A stretch of 64,000 nt of DNA from Octopus vulgaris. Lineage: Eukaryota. Below, in pieces: positions 24,171 to 38,280 of this stretch (positions are counted from its first letter, which is position 1; each line of letters starts with the position of its first letter). The translations under genes and the position numbers were made by a program. The notes beneath the pieces are model-generated. The model saw only the letters and a program-made list of their open reading frames with translations. It was not told the DNA's origin and ran no database searches. The DNA lies in the NCBI GenBank assembly GCA_951406725.2, contig OX597815.1, positions 152,644,001 to 152,708,000 of the forward strand, written 5' to 3'.

Positions 24171-25934
24171 TCCTATATATGTATATATATATATAGTTCT
24201 GTATAGAAAAAATTGCTCTATCTAAGGATGTCTTACATCCAAGTGTCCACTGGTTTATCTCTATATTGATTAGTGTTTTCATCTTTTAGATATATGAGAA
24301 GAGAATTTTAGTAATATGATATTAAAAAAATGGAGTGCTTGAACACAGCAAAATCAATTTATTTACATAGTTGTCAATTTCATAATGCCTACACATGTTT
24401 CAATATCTACCTTCATTTAAGGCAGTGAGCTGGCAGAAACATTAGCAGGCCAGGCAAAATGCTTAATGGTATTTCGTCTGTCTTTATGTTCTGAGTTCAA
24501 ATTCTGCCGAGGTCAACTTTACCTTTCATCCTTTCGAGGTCAATAAATTAAGTACCAGTTGCATACTGGGATCAACCTAATCAACTGGCCCCCCTCCCCC
24601 AAAATTTCAGGTCTTGTTCCTAGAATAGAAAAGAATATCTACCTTCATTCATATTTTACAGTTAAAAATGGCATCATGAATTTAGAAGGTAAAAATCTCT
24701 TTCTGGCAAAAATTTTTCTTTTGAAGAAATTTTTACTTTCTAAATTCATAATGTAATTTTTTTTATTGTAAAACATGAATGAAGGTAGACATTGAAACAC
24801 ATGTAGGTGTTATGAAAATGACTGCTATGTGTGTATGTTTATGAATTTGTGTTTCAAGATAACTGATGTGAAATTGTGTGTTGAAACAGATAATGTTATA
24901 TTTCAGGAAGGTCATTTTAATTTTCCAAGAGTGTACTGGGTGCTTTTTATGTGCCACCTGTTCAGGTTTGTTGGATACAATATGAGACAACTGTTGTTAT
25001 TGCTAGACCTAACTCATTGTAAAGAAAATACCAAACTACAGTGGAAAAGGCTAGCCACTGGATTTGGTTAAAAAGAGACGATGAGCGATGTCTATAAGAA
25101 TATTGAGCTTTATTTAATAACCAGTTGATCTAGCAAGTGGGGCCTCATATCAGTGAGTGGGACCAGTGCACATTGATGCTGTCAAGAGGTAGGCACTGAA
25201 ATGGTGTGCATTCTCTCCTGATGACCCCATACACTTGCTGGATTGTGGTATGCAGAGTTCTCGGCTGGTAGCACTTGCATGTGCAGGTTGTTTGCAAAAG
25301 CCCCAGCATAATTTTCACAGCCACAAAAATATATAACTAAAAACGTTACATTACATGAACTACACTTGAAAATAATGTTATTAAGTAACCAACTACTACA
25401 ATACACAATGAGGCCTGTCACAAAGGCCCAACAGTAACATAAATTTTAACCTATTTAGATAGAATCCTGACTTCGAGCAGTATCTGGTGTGAAACCATGG
25501 TCAACTTTTACAAGCTTACAAAAAGATCAGATTTCAGATTCAAAACAAGCTCCCCTCATTTACTCCCGAATCTTAACCAACAAGCAACTAACTGTATTCA
25601 GTTCACTTTGAAGCTAGCTGTTGGACAGACCTTCAACAAATCTGCACAGAAAATCATGCCCAAATGCAGTGGAAACACGTGTAGCTTGTAAAAAGGAATA
25701 AATGTTGAAGATGTACCAGTTTCTAAATTCCATATCATTATAATTATTGCTAATATATACTTCAGATAATATTAACATCCAGAGAAGCAAACATGGAATT
25801 ACCCAATGGTGGAATTTACTGCATGAATGACTACTCATAGAAGTCAGAGACATTAAATACTAATTGAAGCAGATAGCCATAACTGAGAGCTATTACAGTA
25901 TCTGCCCAGATAAATATATCCCTCTAAAGCACAT

Positions 25935-25962
<28 letters not shown>

Positions 25963-25968
<6 letters not shown>

Positions 25969-26250
25969 TGTTGTGTCTGGGGAGAGTAATTTTCTTTTTG
26001 TGCCTTATAATGTAACACACTCACCGGTAAAATTTCCACTTTTTTCTTATTTTTATTTTGCTCTTGAAAAGGTTGCAAGATGCAATGAAAATTTTAGGAA
26101 AATAAAAATAAGAAATAAGTGGAAATTTTACCGGTGAGTGTGTTACATTATAAGACACAAAAAGAAAATGACTCTCCCCAGACACAACAGAATATGCTTC
26201 AACACACAAACCCATATAAAGAATCTTGCAAACCAAATCCAAAAATGAAA
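25963..26250 (+). mobile_element. Short PLE-type terminal fragment with ~100-bp inverted arms
   Basis: Arms at about 25963-26062 and 26096-26193. Unpaired tail ttcaacacac...aatcttgca resembles 38198-38250. Lies between (TA)n tracts. Confidence 0.65.
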
Positions 26251-29059
26251 TATATATATATTGAGAGAGTAGTAATAATAACAATAGTCCTTGGATGAAA
26301 TTTAGAAACATTTAATGGATTAAATGCTTATAAATTCCATCCTAGGATTATTGTTATTGGTATTATATTTATCCTACATTATATCGGTACAATTTCAGGC
26401 AACCGCCAAAAACTGGTTCACCAGTCAGTATCATTAGACTAAGGCAGGCATAATAGGATGGGAGCTTTATTTGCATGTTCAAAATGTTTCCCATTAACAA
26501 ATTTAAAAGATATATATAGAGATAGAGATTTATAATAGTATAAAATACAATTATAATTAAGGGCAGAGAAGAGACCATGCCTATGCTGAAAATAGATGCT
26601 AAATCGTGAAACCACTTAAAATTATCACTTTTATATTATACATGTGTTGAAATCATGGGACTAAGTTCACAGAATTTCATAAAATAATTAGCCTTGGATT
26701 GATCAATTTCTGGATTAGTCTAATAATTTTTCCTCATCAGCCAGGCATACTAAGGGAAATAAATGAGATACTTATATATACCCACAGGAAAGCTACGATT
26801 ACATACAAATATCACAAATATGTCCACATCGAATATCACGATCTATTTGTTCAGAGAAGTACAGACATGCTAGACTATGAAATTCAATGTCGAACCACTA
26901 AGCTACAGGGAAGTAAACGTACCAACATCGGTTACCAAGCAATGGTGGTGGGGAGACAAACACAGACACACAAATACATACACACACACATACATGCATA
27001 CATACATACATACATACATACATATGTATATACACACACACACACACACATATACAATGGGGTTCTTTCAGTTTCCTTCTACCAAATCCACTCACAAGGC
27101 TTTGGCCAGCCCAAGGCTATAGTAGAAGACTCTTTCCCAAGATGCTACACAGTGGGACTGAATCGGAACCTTGTGGTTAGGAAGCAAGCTTCTTACCACA
27201 CAACCACTCTTGCATATATATATGTATTATTGTACATATATGTGTGTCTTAGATAGATTCTTCACAGATTTGTGCTAAAAATGCACCAGTCAGTCCCATA
27301 AGCCACTGCAGTAATGATGCTTGTCTCCCTCTCCAATATATATTGTTTTTGCCTCTGAACAATGCGTATATATTTACAATGATAAACAGATGGTGATACT
27401 GTATCTTTTTTTTTTTGTATTATGTACTCTTGTTCATTATATACTTTTGATGGTTTCTTGTGAGAAATCTTAGGTCTTGTGCCTCAACTACATGATCTAT
27501 CCTCATATCATAGTCTTGTGCCACTCAGATATTTGTGGCAGAGATTTTTCTTTATCAATTTCTCCTTTGTTCAATCTTGCCAAGCAGTGCCATTGTCTTC
27601 ACATGTCTCTAGTCCTATTTTCAGCTTAATTTTCTTTTTCTTTGTAAACAGTGAAGGCATAAGAGTGACAACAGGCATAGGTGTGGCCGTGTGGTTAAAA
27701 CCATTGCTTCCCAGCCATAAAGTTTTGTGTTCAGTCCCACTGAATGACAACTTGGGCAAGTGTCTTCTAGTATAGTCCTAGACTAAACAAAACCTTATGA
27801 GTAGATTTGGTGAATGAAAACTAAAAGGTCTGCAAATACATACATACATACATTTCAATGACTATAGATACAATCACGGAAACTGTATAAATCTGTAAAA
27901 CTTCCCAGAAGTTTATCATTGAAATACATATGAGAATATCTAGATATGCAACTATATGCATCAGAATATATACATAAAACATAAAAATCTGCACATATAT
28001 ACGTACAAGCAAACAAACAAAAATACCCTGTTGAAATTCCAATGAAGGAACCTTGGATTTTGGTTAGAAACCGACTCTTTCTCTATTGGCAAGAAATCTT
28101 GTTTTATTGCTGGTTTGGTTACTGTTTGCATAACACTATATTTTTATGTTTCCTATTTGGAAATAGGTAAATATATTTTACCTTTGAAGTAGGAATATAT
28201 ATTGATAAACATGTCACTTATAACTTACTTATAAGTGTTATCATTATACATAAATCCTGACTCCAGTTACATAAACATCATAGCAAGAAATATATACTTT
28301 GAAATGCTAATGGACATTTTATGCATGCATGTATGTTGAAGATAAATAAATTTGTGTTTTTTTAACCACAGTTTCATAATTGCAGAAATAAATTTCATTA
28401 ACAATTTGAAGAACGTGAAGTAAGAGAAAATAATTACTACATTATTTTATTTATGTACATTTAGCATTTATAGTACAATTGGAAAGTAAAGTCATTTTGT
28501 CATAGTGCTTTACGACTTAAAATTCACATTAGCTAATCCTTCATACTAACTACTAGAGTTCACAACAATTCAAATAAGTCTTGTTGGATTTTTATCATAG
28601 ACATGGCCTAAAAAATAGCTAATATCTCAATGAGTGAGTGTTGTGGAGTTTAGTAACATCCTACAAACACTGAGTAATTTCCCAAAACTCAGGGTTTTTA
28701 TAACTGCTCATATCCAAATTCTAAGAACCATATTTTGTGAAAGGTTTCTTTGACGTAAGTTTAGAATTTGTATATGGGCAGTAATTTTAACCAATGAGAT
28801 TACCAACAATTATACTTGTTTGGGTAAACAACCATTACATCATATTGCTGCCTTTTATGACTTGCTACACTTGAAATAAAACTGAACAATGGCATACATG
28901 CATGCATGTATGCATACATACATACATACATACATACATACATACATACATACATACATACATACATACATACGTACATATAAATCTGTAAAACTTATAT
29001 ATATATACACATAAAAACCATACGTCCGTACGTATGCATGTATGTATGTATGTATGTAC

Positions 29060-29341
29060 AATCATAAAGGTCAGCTATCCTGCAGATATAAATATCTCTT
29101 TGGAAATCAAAGAAAAAGAGGATATCTATGGACAACTACTTCGAAAACTCCAGCTTCTATATCCAAACTGTGAATTCATATTCATACCAATAACAATTGG
29201 AGCACTAGGTTTTGTTAGTAAATGCTCAAAGGATAATCTGGGTAAACTAGGATTTTCAGAAAGAGAAATCGGCCGGCTGATTCATACATTACAAGTTCAG
29301 TCTGTAAGTGGAACAGTAGAAATATGCAAAATTAAAAAATG

Positions 29342-29342
<1 letters not shown>
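29060..29342 (+). mobile_element. RLE-type (R2/R4 group) LINE 3' fragment
   Basis: V.YP.D.NI......K...Y..L...L..LYP...F.FIPI.IGALG restriction-like endonuclease C-terminus. Confidence 0.7.
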
Positions 29343-29380
<38 letters not shown>

Positions 29381-30545
29381 TCACCATCATCATTTAACGT
29401 CCGTTTTCCATGCTAGCATGGGTTGGACGATTCGACCGGGGTCTGGTAAGCCATGGAGGCTGCACCAGGCTCTAGTCTGATTTGGCAGTGTTTCTACAGC
29501 TGGATGCCCTTCCTAACGCCAACCACTCCATTAGTGTAGTGGGTGTTTTTTACGTGTATTTATATATATATACATATATATATATATATCATTATCATCA
29601 ACATCATTTAGTGTCTGCCTTCCATGCTGGAATGGGTCAGGCGGTTTGACTGAAAGTGGTAAGATGAAGAGCTGCACCAGCTTCCAATCTGAATCGGCAT
29701 GGTTTCTACAGCTGGATGTCCTTTTTAATGCCAACCATTCCACAATGTTAAAGATATTAGTCAGTGCTGACTAATATCATACTTCAATGTTGATGGGAAG
29801 GTTTATATAGTGTGTTTGAAAGGTTAAACAATAAAAGCACAATTCACAAATTATGTAAACTTCTTTCTAAAAGGTTTGCGGAATTCTGCAATGGGAAATT
29901 GACCCCTAGATATTAGCTAACTCTAACCAGATGACATCAACGTATCCCTTGTTCTTTTTACACCATTGAATGGACTGCCAAACCCTCAGTACAAGCTCAA
30001 TGCTTCCTAAAATTTCAAGAACCCCAATTTTTTATATAGATGTATCAACAAACCTGTTCTTCACAATAATATCCTTCATCCTTCATTCTAATTCAAAACC
30101 TTCCCACCAATGTTGAAGTGTTGCATTAGTTGGTACTGACTAATCTCTTTAACATCCTTCTCAGGAATCCTTGTCATCATCGTCATCATCATCATCATCA
30201 CCACCATCGTTTAAAATTCATGTTCCATGCTGGTTGAATGGTTTGACAGGCTCTGATGGTTCCAAGGACTACATCATGCTCCACTGTCTACTTTAGCCTA
30301 GTTTCAATGGCCAGATACCCTTCTTAACACAAACCACAAGACAACTTGTATTGGGTACTTTGTTTTTTCATGTCACCAGCACTAGTGAGGTTGCCAGGCA
30401 GTTTGCACCACTAAGAAACCTATGAGTGGTAGAGCTTTATGCATGGATCTGAGGGGTTAAAATATGAGAGAAGAGCCTAAGGTAGAAAATCTTCCTTGCT
30501 GCAGAAAAACTGCATGGTATGATCTGGGAAGAGATAAAAATGGTG

Positions 30546-30960
30546 AGGTGCAGGAGTGGGTGTGTGGTAAGTTGCTTGCTTACCAACAACATGGTTCTGA
30601 GTTCAGTCCCACTGCATGGCACCTTGGGCAAGTGTCTTCTACTATAGCCTCAGGGCAACCAAAGCCTTGTGAGTGGATTTGGTAGAAGGAAACTGAAAGA
30701 AGCCCATTGTATATATGTATATATATATGTGTATATGTATGTGTGTGTATATGTTTGTGTGTCTTTGTTTGTCACCCCCCCCCACCATTGCTTGACAACC
30801 GATGCTGGTATGTTTACGTCCGCGTAACTTAGTGGTTCGGCAAATGAGACCGATAGAAGAAGTACTAGGCCTACAAAGAATAAGTTCTGGGTCGATTTGC
30901 TCGACTAAAGGCAGTGCTCCAGCATGGCTGCAGCCAAATGAATGAAACAAGTAAAAGAGG
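30546..30960 (+). mobile_element. Abundant tRNA/CORE-type SINE; further copies at ~26890-27215, 27675-27825, 36250-36430, 40685-40890, 41580-41745, 49420-49770, 52055-52790, 55935-56135, 58660-58965, 63515-63665, 63840-63990
   Basis: gtgtggtaag...gagttcagtcccact...accttgggcaagt core and 3' gctccagcatgg...gaaacaagtaaaagag. Many matching copies in the window. Confidence 0.85.
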
Positions 30961-31356
30961 AGATATCTGGGTAAACCATTTAAAAAGAAATTTTAAAAAA
31001 AACAATGAAGAAATATAAAAAAAAATTACTTTATCGAAATAATATTTTCTGTTACAAATATTTAATTCAACTGTATTTTTTTTACATTAAGAGAGTTGGT
31101 TTTTCTTTTTTGTTTAAATTTTTCAAATTGATTTTGTAGATGTAATAAAATGAAAATGCTTTGCTCTCATTTGTGATTCCTCCACCATTTTCTTACATTT
31201 CCTGCAAATGGAAAAACAAAATTTCATAAATTTTAATATAACGAATATGTGTCTATGTATATAACTGTCAAAATAAACAAACTTAAAAGGTAAGGTGCAT
31301 TTAAGACAGCAAAAACAGGTATCAAAATCACACAGTCATTAGTGAAAGGCCAAGGA

Positions 31357-31468
31357 ACCACCGCAAAGCATTTCATTTCATCTCAATCCTGTCTTCTTTC
31401 TGCCGCCTAAAACCTCATCTCCCAATTCTCTCTCTCGCTATGTGGTGTCGTTTCTCCCTCTGTTTTCA

Positions 31469-31518
<50 letters not shown>

Positions 31519-32119
31519 ATATATCTCACCTTCACTCGCTACCGCAGGATGAAAAAAGAAAACATCAGCTAAGTTCCCGACCTGTTTCCTCTTTTCATTG
31601 TTTTTGCAAGCCTTATTATTATTGTGTCCCCATCTAGTAGCGTTGTCGTTGTCTTTCGTCTCAAATGCTAGCTGAAGCATGAAAACTTTCACTCACAAAA
31701 ACTTATTCACACCACCGCAAAGCATTTCATCTCAATCCTGTCTTCTTTCTGCCGCCTAAAACCTCATCTCCCAATTCTCTCTCTCGCTATGTGGTGTCGT
31801 TTCTCCCTCTGTTTTCACTGTCTCTCTCTCTCTCTATCTCTATCTCTCTCTCTCTCTCTCGGTATATATCTCACTTTCACTCGCTACCGCAGGATGAAAA
31901 AAGAAAACATCAGCTAAGTTCCCGACCTGTTTCCTCTTTTCATTGTTTTTGCAAGCCTTATTATTATTGTGTCCCCATCTAGTAGCGTTGTCGTTGTCTT
32001 TCGTCTCAAATGCTAGCTGAAGCATGAAAACTTTCACTCACAAAAACTTATTCACACCACCGCAAAGCATTTCATCTCAATCCTGTCTTCTTTCTGCCGC
32101 CTAAAACCTTATCTCCCAA
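31357..32119. repeat. ~350-bp tandem repeat (2 full units plus a partial) containing (CT)n
   Basis: Unit starts accaccgcaaagcatttc at 31357, 31711 and 32056. Confidence 0.93.
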
Positions 32120-32239
32120 TGCGCGGTGCAATATCCTACGTTCTCGATATCCTACGTTCTACTTGCCTAGAACCTGTCATCATTTCTCTGAACCACCCCT
32201 CCCCACTGGTGCTCCCCTATATTTCTGCACCCCCCCCCA

Positions 32240-32475
32240 TAAAAAGCACCATCCGAACGTGGCCGATGCCAGACCCCTCTGGCATCTGTGCAGGTGGCAC
32301 GTAAAAAGCACCCACTACACTCGCGGAGTGGTTGGCGTTAGGAAGGGCATCCAGCTGTAGAAACACTGCCAGACTAGACTGGAGCCTGGGGCAGTCCCGA
32401 GCTCCCCAGACCCCGGTCGAAACCGTCCAACCCGTGCTAGCGCGGAAAACGGACGTTAAACGATGATGATGATTA
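32240..32475 (+). mobile_element. RTE-tail SINE; further copies at ~5120, 12110, 14270, 29380(-), 29590(-), 48940(-), 54977, 61990
   Basis: ggagtggttggcgttaggaagggcatccagctgtagaaac...ggaaaacggacgttaaac(gat)n. The same tail terminates the RTE LINE fragments. Confidence 0.85.
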
Positions 32476-32619
32476 TCAATATTCTTTTATTATTTTACCA
32501 GTCCTCTGTATCTATCTTGGTATTCACATCCTTTGCAAACTGATCGTACATTTTCTTTTCTTTCCATGGTTTTTCTTCTTTTTTTTTGTTCATTTCTTGT
32601 TTAAATTTTTTCTTTATTT

Positions 32620-34870
32620 TTATTATGATTATTATTATTATAGTTTTTTTTTCCATCTATCTTCAAATTTTCTTCCATTTCTCACCGAGTGTTTTTTGTA
32701 CACCTAGGGCAGAGAAGCACATTGTATGCATTCCTAGATTATACACGCAAATTCACAGGTAAAATATGTATTTAGAAAAATTAACAAATAAATAAATTCA
32801 TGAATGCTCTTCTCAGTACATGGGTCATTCCAGTTAACACGATTTTTTGCACTTCCTGTAGGGATAGTAAGCCTGGTATCATTTTCAAATAGGTTTCAGT
32901 ACCTTTTTCTATCATTCCTAGAGATCCTACAATCTCTGGTACTGTAGTCGCCTTGAGATGCCACATTTTTTCAATTTCTATTAGCAAATCTTTATATTTA
33001 CTGATCTTGTCAAATTCTTTCGGCGCTATATTGTGATCGCAAGGAATACTCATGTCAATTAATAAACACACCTTTTTGTCTGATCTTTTATAATATCTGG
33101 TTTATTAGCTTTTATAATTTTGTCAGTATGTATAGGGAAGTCCCAGAAAATTGACACATTTTCTCCCTCAGTCACAGCTTCAGGATGGTGTTTATACCAT
33201 TTGTCAGCGGTTTTGATTTTATAATGCCAGCATATTGTCCAGTGTTGATTCTGTCATGTCTTGCTTTATATTCTACAGGTGCTAAGACTCATCATCCTGA
33301 CATTAGGTGATCTATAATTTCAATTTCACTACACACTGAGATTAGGTGGTCTATAGTTTCAATCTCAATGTGGTCTGTAGTTTCAATCTCATGGTGGTCT
33401 ATAGTTTTTCAATCTCATTATTATCATCATCATCATCATTATTATTCTATGTTTGACTTTTGCTTTACATTTGTACAAGTTGGCTCCAAGTCTCACCCAG
33501 AGACCTCAAGAGACAACAAGTTGGAAGTTCATGTTGGTGTTATGCCTAGCATGCCATATATTTGGTTTTGTACTTAGTGTTGTACTAGTAAATGTCTAAA
33601 AAAACCATAGGAAAATTATGTTTGTTTTAAAACTTGAGATTACATAGAAAGTATTTTGCATAGGATATGAGCAGTTCCCATGAGCACTATCTTTTGAATT
33701 TCTGCCATTTTGGGGTTTCCTGGTATCTGAGTTACGTAGCAATCAGCCCCTTTTGCTATCATTCCTAGGGCACCTATAACAACAGGTATTGTTTTAGTCT
33801 TCAGGCTTACAAAGAATAAGTCCTGGGGTTAATTGCTTGACTAAAGGTGGTGCTCCAGCATGGTCATAGTCAAATGACTGAAACAAGTATTTGCATTGTC
33901 AACAGTTTTCGTATTCTTCTGTCAATATTACATATTTCAGTAATTCACCAGTTAATGATATTTAAACTGTAAGTCACGTCTGGTATGGCTAAAGCATTGA
34001 TCGCTTCGATCCTGTTACTCGCATTCAGCTCTGTCTTGAGTATTGCTCTTACTCTGCAATAACATTCTCTCCTGATCCTTTCCTTCATCACTGAATGCCT
34101 TATTTCGTCCCCTTCAATTACCCCTAGGTACTTGTAGCTCTCCGCTGGGTCTAATTCTTTTATGACATTCTGCTGGTCAAGGTTAACGTTAGATGTTTCT
34201 GTCATTTTTCCTTTGATAAAGGTAGTGTTTGCACATTTATCGAGGCCAAATCGTACTAGGTTGTTACAAAACATTGTTGTAAAATTTTGTTAGCATATCA
34301 TAACTCTCTGGGAAGGCATTCAACCAGAAGTTAGGAATTTTATCCTCTCTTGGAGACTTCCATTTGCTTGACCTCCTGAGAGCAGATCTTATATCTTCTA
34401 CCTTGACACCCTACCACTTTTGCTCCTCTAAGGAGTCCAAGTCTGCAGATATTCTATCAATCCAAGGGGCCTTTTCGTTGTGTGTTTTTTCTTCTGCCCA
34501 AATTTTATTCCAAAATCCCTGCACTTTTTCTTTTGATGGTACAGACTTTACAGTAACTGGTGTTTTCCCTATCTTCCTGTAAAAAGTTTTGGAGTTATTT
34601 TTGAAGATGTTGTCCTTGAAGAATCTATCACACTTTTCATAGCTCGCTATGCAGGCAGCTTTAGCAGATACCTTTTGCTTGATGGTTTCTATGGTGACAT
34701 CAATATCAAGTATAGTTTTCATATTATATTTTTTTCTTTAATTTTGGGGTTTTCGTAGGTTTGGTAGTCTTGTCAACCTTAAGGTTTTTCAAACATTCTA
34801 TGTCAGACCAAAGTAGTTTAATTTGTTGTTGGATACACTCTTGCCAATTGTGTTGTTGCAATAAAAGTTG
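32620..34870 (-). mobile_element. R4/Dong-clade LINE, degenerate and interrupted
   Basis: FGLDKC, YKYLGV and IEAINALAIP..TYS (33945-34274). RLE domain LIDMSIPCD....K...KYKDL..EIEKMW...VGSLG (32781-33071). Confidence 0.85.
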
Positions 34871-35398
34871 TGTTTACGTATTTGGGTAATATATTAAAGT
34901 TTTTAAGTATTTTTGAGATGTTCATTTGTCTGTCCGTTTGGAAAATACAATAAGACTTTTGCAATGGGAAGAAGAATGTTTACATTTTCGAATGCTCAGG
35001 GAGAGTCAAAAAGAAAAGAAAACAAGTTGTGGCTAGTAAAGTTCTAAGATTTACTAAATATGGTCTTTTGTATGATTGCACAGAGAGAAATGATAGTGTT
35101 CTTACAATAAAAATGAGGATGATATTTACATTTTCGAATATTCAGGGGGAAAGAGAAGGATACCTTGTCGTACATTAGTTGTAGATATTAAAGATTTTTT
35201 TTTTTTGTATTTTAAGCTGACCGTTTGTGTGTTCGATAGCTGTAGGTATGTAAGTTTCCTAACTTATTTTATTTTGAGGGAGATTTAAAATATTTACCTT
35301 TTGCTTGATAATTTATTATTATCGTCGTTATTATTATTATTATTATCATTTTCATTTGCCTCTTCTTTCAATTGTTTCCATTTATTATTATTATTATG

Positions 35399-35448
<50 letters not shown>

Positions 35449-35449
35449 G

Positions 35450-35745
35450 TTTTGCATTTGTACAAGTTGGCTCCAAGTCTCACCCAGAGACCTCAAGAGA
35501 CAACAAGTTAGAATTTCATGCTGGTGTTATGCCTAGGGTGCTATATATTTGGTTTTGTACATAGTGTTGTTCTAGAGAATATTCAAGAAACCATAAGAAA
35601 ATTATGTGTTTGTTTTAAAATTTGAGATTACAAAGACAGTTTTTATGTAGGATATGAGCAGTTACCATGAGCACTATCTTTTGAATTTCTGCCATTTTGG
35701 GGTCTTTTGGTATCTGAGCTAGGTAACAATCATCCACTTTTGCAT
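35450..35745 (-). mobile_element. R4/Dong-type LINE 3' end next to (TAA)n; second copy at ~33445-33810
   Basis: Minus-strand PKMAEIQKIVLM.TAHIL-type C-terminus and 3' UTR shared between the two copies. Confidence 0.7.
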
Positions 35746-35897
35746 TCATGGAAATAATATCAGTCAAGGATTAATATTGTTTTATAATTATTTCTTCTTT
35801 AGATTTTTACAAATACTCTCTACCTAAAAGTGTTTTGCTTTCTTGCTTGTTTGAGTTCTCAACTATTTGTAGAGTTGTGGGGTGCAGCTATAATATA

Positions 35898-36116
35898 CGA
35901 GGGAGGTACTAAAAATTTCCTCATTTTGGGCAAAAGAAAACACAGGAAGATCAGTTAATTATGATTTTATTCAACATATCCCCCCACTTGGGTTCACACA
36001 CTTATTTTAGCTGTCCTTCAGTTTTTCTAAGCCCTGTGAAAGAAATCGGAAGACTGGGCCTCAAATCAGGCTTTTAGCAATACCCTGAAAGCCAGGAACT
36101 TTTCAGCATCCCCTTG
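35898..36116. mobile_element. mariner-type MITE
   Basis: TA-cgagggaggtactaaaaatttcc ... ggaacttttcagcatccccttg-TA: imperfect TIRs with TA target duplication. Confidence 0.7.
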
Positions 36117-36495
36117 TACTGTCCAGCAGTGTCCCCCATCTGCCATACTTGTATGTCTGAACTCAAAGTTCCACTATATATTTGGTTCTTTCTGTTTTGT
36201 TCACTACATTTCAATTCCTGGTCTGAATGTCTTCAAGACACATTTTCTTTTTTATCTTTTACTTGTTAGAACTACAGCTATGAAGGGTTTAGTCAAACAA
36301 ATCAGTCCCAGTGCTTTTTAAGTCAGATATTCATTCTATTAGTCTCTTTTGCTAAACTGCTAAGTTACAGTTTGTAAACCTGCCAACACCAGTTGTCAAG
36401 TAGTGGTGTGAAACAAAAACAAACATAAAAACACACACACATATTTATATGCATGTGCATGTGTGTGTGTATGAAAATATGTATGTTTATATGTG

Positions 36496-36526
<31 letters not shown>

Positions 36527-36534
<8 letters not shown>

Positions 36535-37008
36535 ATATTTCGGAATGGTCATATTGCCAGTTTAGCCAATAAAAACACACGCACTATATATTTGGTGTTA
36601 TTTTTGCTTCAGTGATATTTATTTTTTACATTAATCTTAATCTTATTTCGGCCAAAGTTCTTTCGTCACACTCCTGTGACCGCATCAGTGGTCCTTTGTT
36701 TTCTTCTCACTTACTTGTGTCTCTCCTTACTAACCGTCAGCCATTTTGTATTTCTATTGTATGTCTTCATTTGCGCATGCTTATATCTCCATGTGCGTCT
36801 ATGTTTATTTAGTGTGTGTGTGGGGGGGATGCCTGTAATATTTCTATCTTCTGTTTATATACATTCTTGTAATTTGTATTTTGTTTTTGTTGTTGTTGCT
36901 TTTGTTCGAATTTTGTTCATGTGTTTACATCCACCCATTATTATCATTACATATGCTTGTATGTATGTATAACAACAATATTAGTAATAATAATAATAAA
37001 TCTAATCT

Positions 37009-37063
<55 letters not shown>

Positions 37064-37651
37064 TATATACATATATACACACATGTATACACATATACAT
37101 ATACACATATATATACACACATACATATATATAGTTATTCATTTCTATTTCTTTAACTATCTGTGTATTTATTATGTTTGCAGGATCCACTATTGTCATA
37201 TGTTGTGGTGTGTGCTATTGCTCCATTCTAGTTTTCTATTCAGGCTAGGTTTATTTTCTATTATATGTGTAGCTTCTGTAATTTGTCTAATTGTTGCATC
37301 TGTTCTATGTGTGGACAATATCTTAATCTCTATGTTATTGATTGATCCCCCGTGTTCTTGTTCGGCGTGTTGGTACAGAATCGATGAGCTTTTATAGAGA
37401 TTAAGATATTGTCCACACATAGAACAGATGCAACAATTAGACAAATTACAGAAGCTACACATATAATAGAAAATAAACCTAGCCTGAATAGAAAACTAGA
37501 ATGGAGCAATAGCACACACCACAACATATGACAATAGTGGATCCTGCAAACATAATAAATACACAGATAGTTAAAGAAATAGAAATGAATAACTATATAT
37601 ATGTATGTGTGTATATATATGTGTATATGTATATGTGTATACATGTGTGTA

Positions 37652-37712
<61 letters not shown>

Positions 37713-38250
37713 TTTCGATTAGATTTATTATTATTATTACTAATATTGTTGTTATACATACATACAAGCATATGTAATGATAATAATGGGTGGATGTAAA
37801 CACATGAACAAAATTCGAACAAAAGCAACAACAACAAAAACAAAATACAAATTACAAGAATGTATATAAACAGAAGATAGAAATATTACAGGCATCCCCC
37901 CCACACACACACTAAATAAACATAGACGCACATGGAGATATAAGCATGCGCAAATGAAGACATACAATAGAAATACAAAATGGCTGACGGTTAGTAAGGA
38001 GAGACACAAGTAAGTGAGAAGAAAACAAAGGACCACTGATGCGGTCACAGGAGTGTGACGAAAGAACTTTGGCCGAAATAAGATTAAGATTAATGTAAAA
38101 AGTAAATATCACTGAAGCAAAAATAACACCAAATATATAGTGCGTGTGTTTTTATTGGCTAAACTGGCAATATGACCATTCCAAAATATAACAATATCTG
38201 TTTCAACACACGACTTCACATAAAAAATCTTGCACAACAAATATTTAAAC
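36527..38250. mobile_element. Penelope-like element end forming an ~805-bp near-perfect inverted repeat with a 60-bp spacer
   Basis: Arms at 36527-37333 and 37394-38197. Encodes a GIY-YIG C-terminus (H...H...IL...RQITEA.HI....PSLN). Mirrored ORFs in the track (36676+/37752-). Confidence 0.9.
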
Positions 38251-38280
38251 ATATATATATATATATATATATAGATAGAT

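Noticed and set aside
24980-25110. WKRLATGFG motif resembling death-domain helix 2
   Set aside because: Followed immediately by several stops, with no convincing splice sites; too short to support.
30546-30625. tRNA gene
   Set aside because: A/B-box-like head of a SINE; no complete cloverleaf seen.
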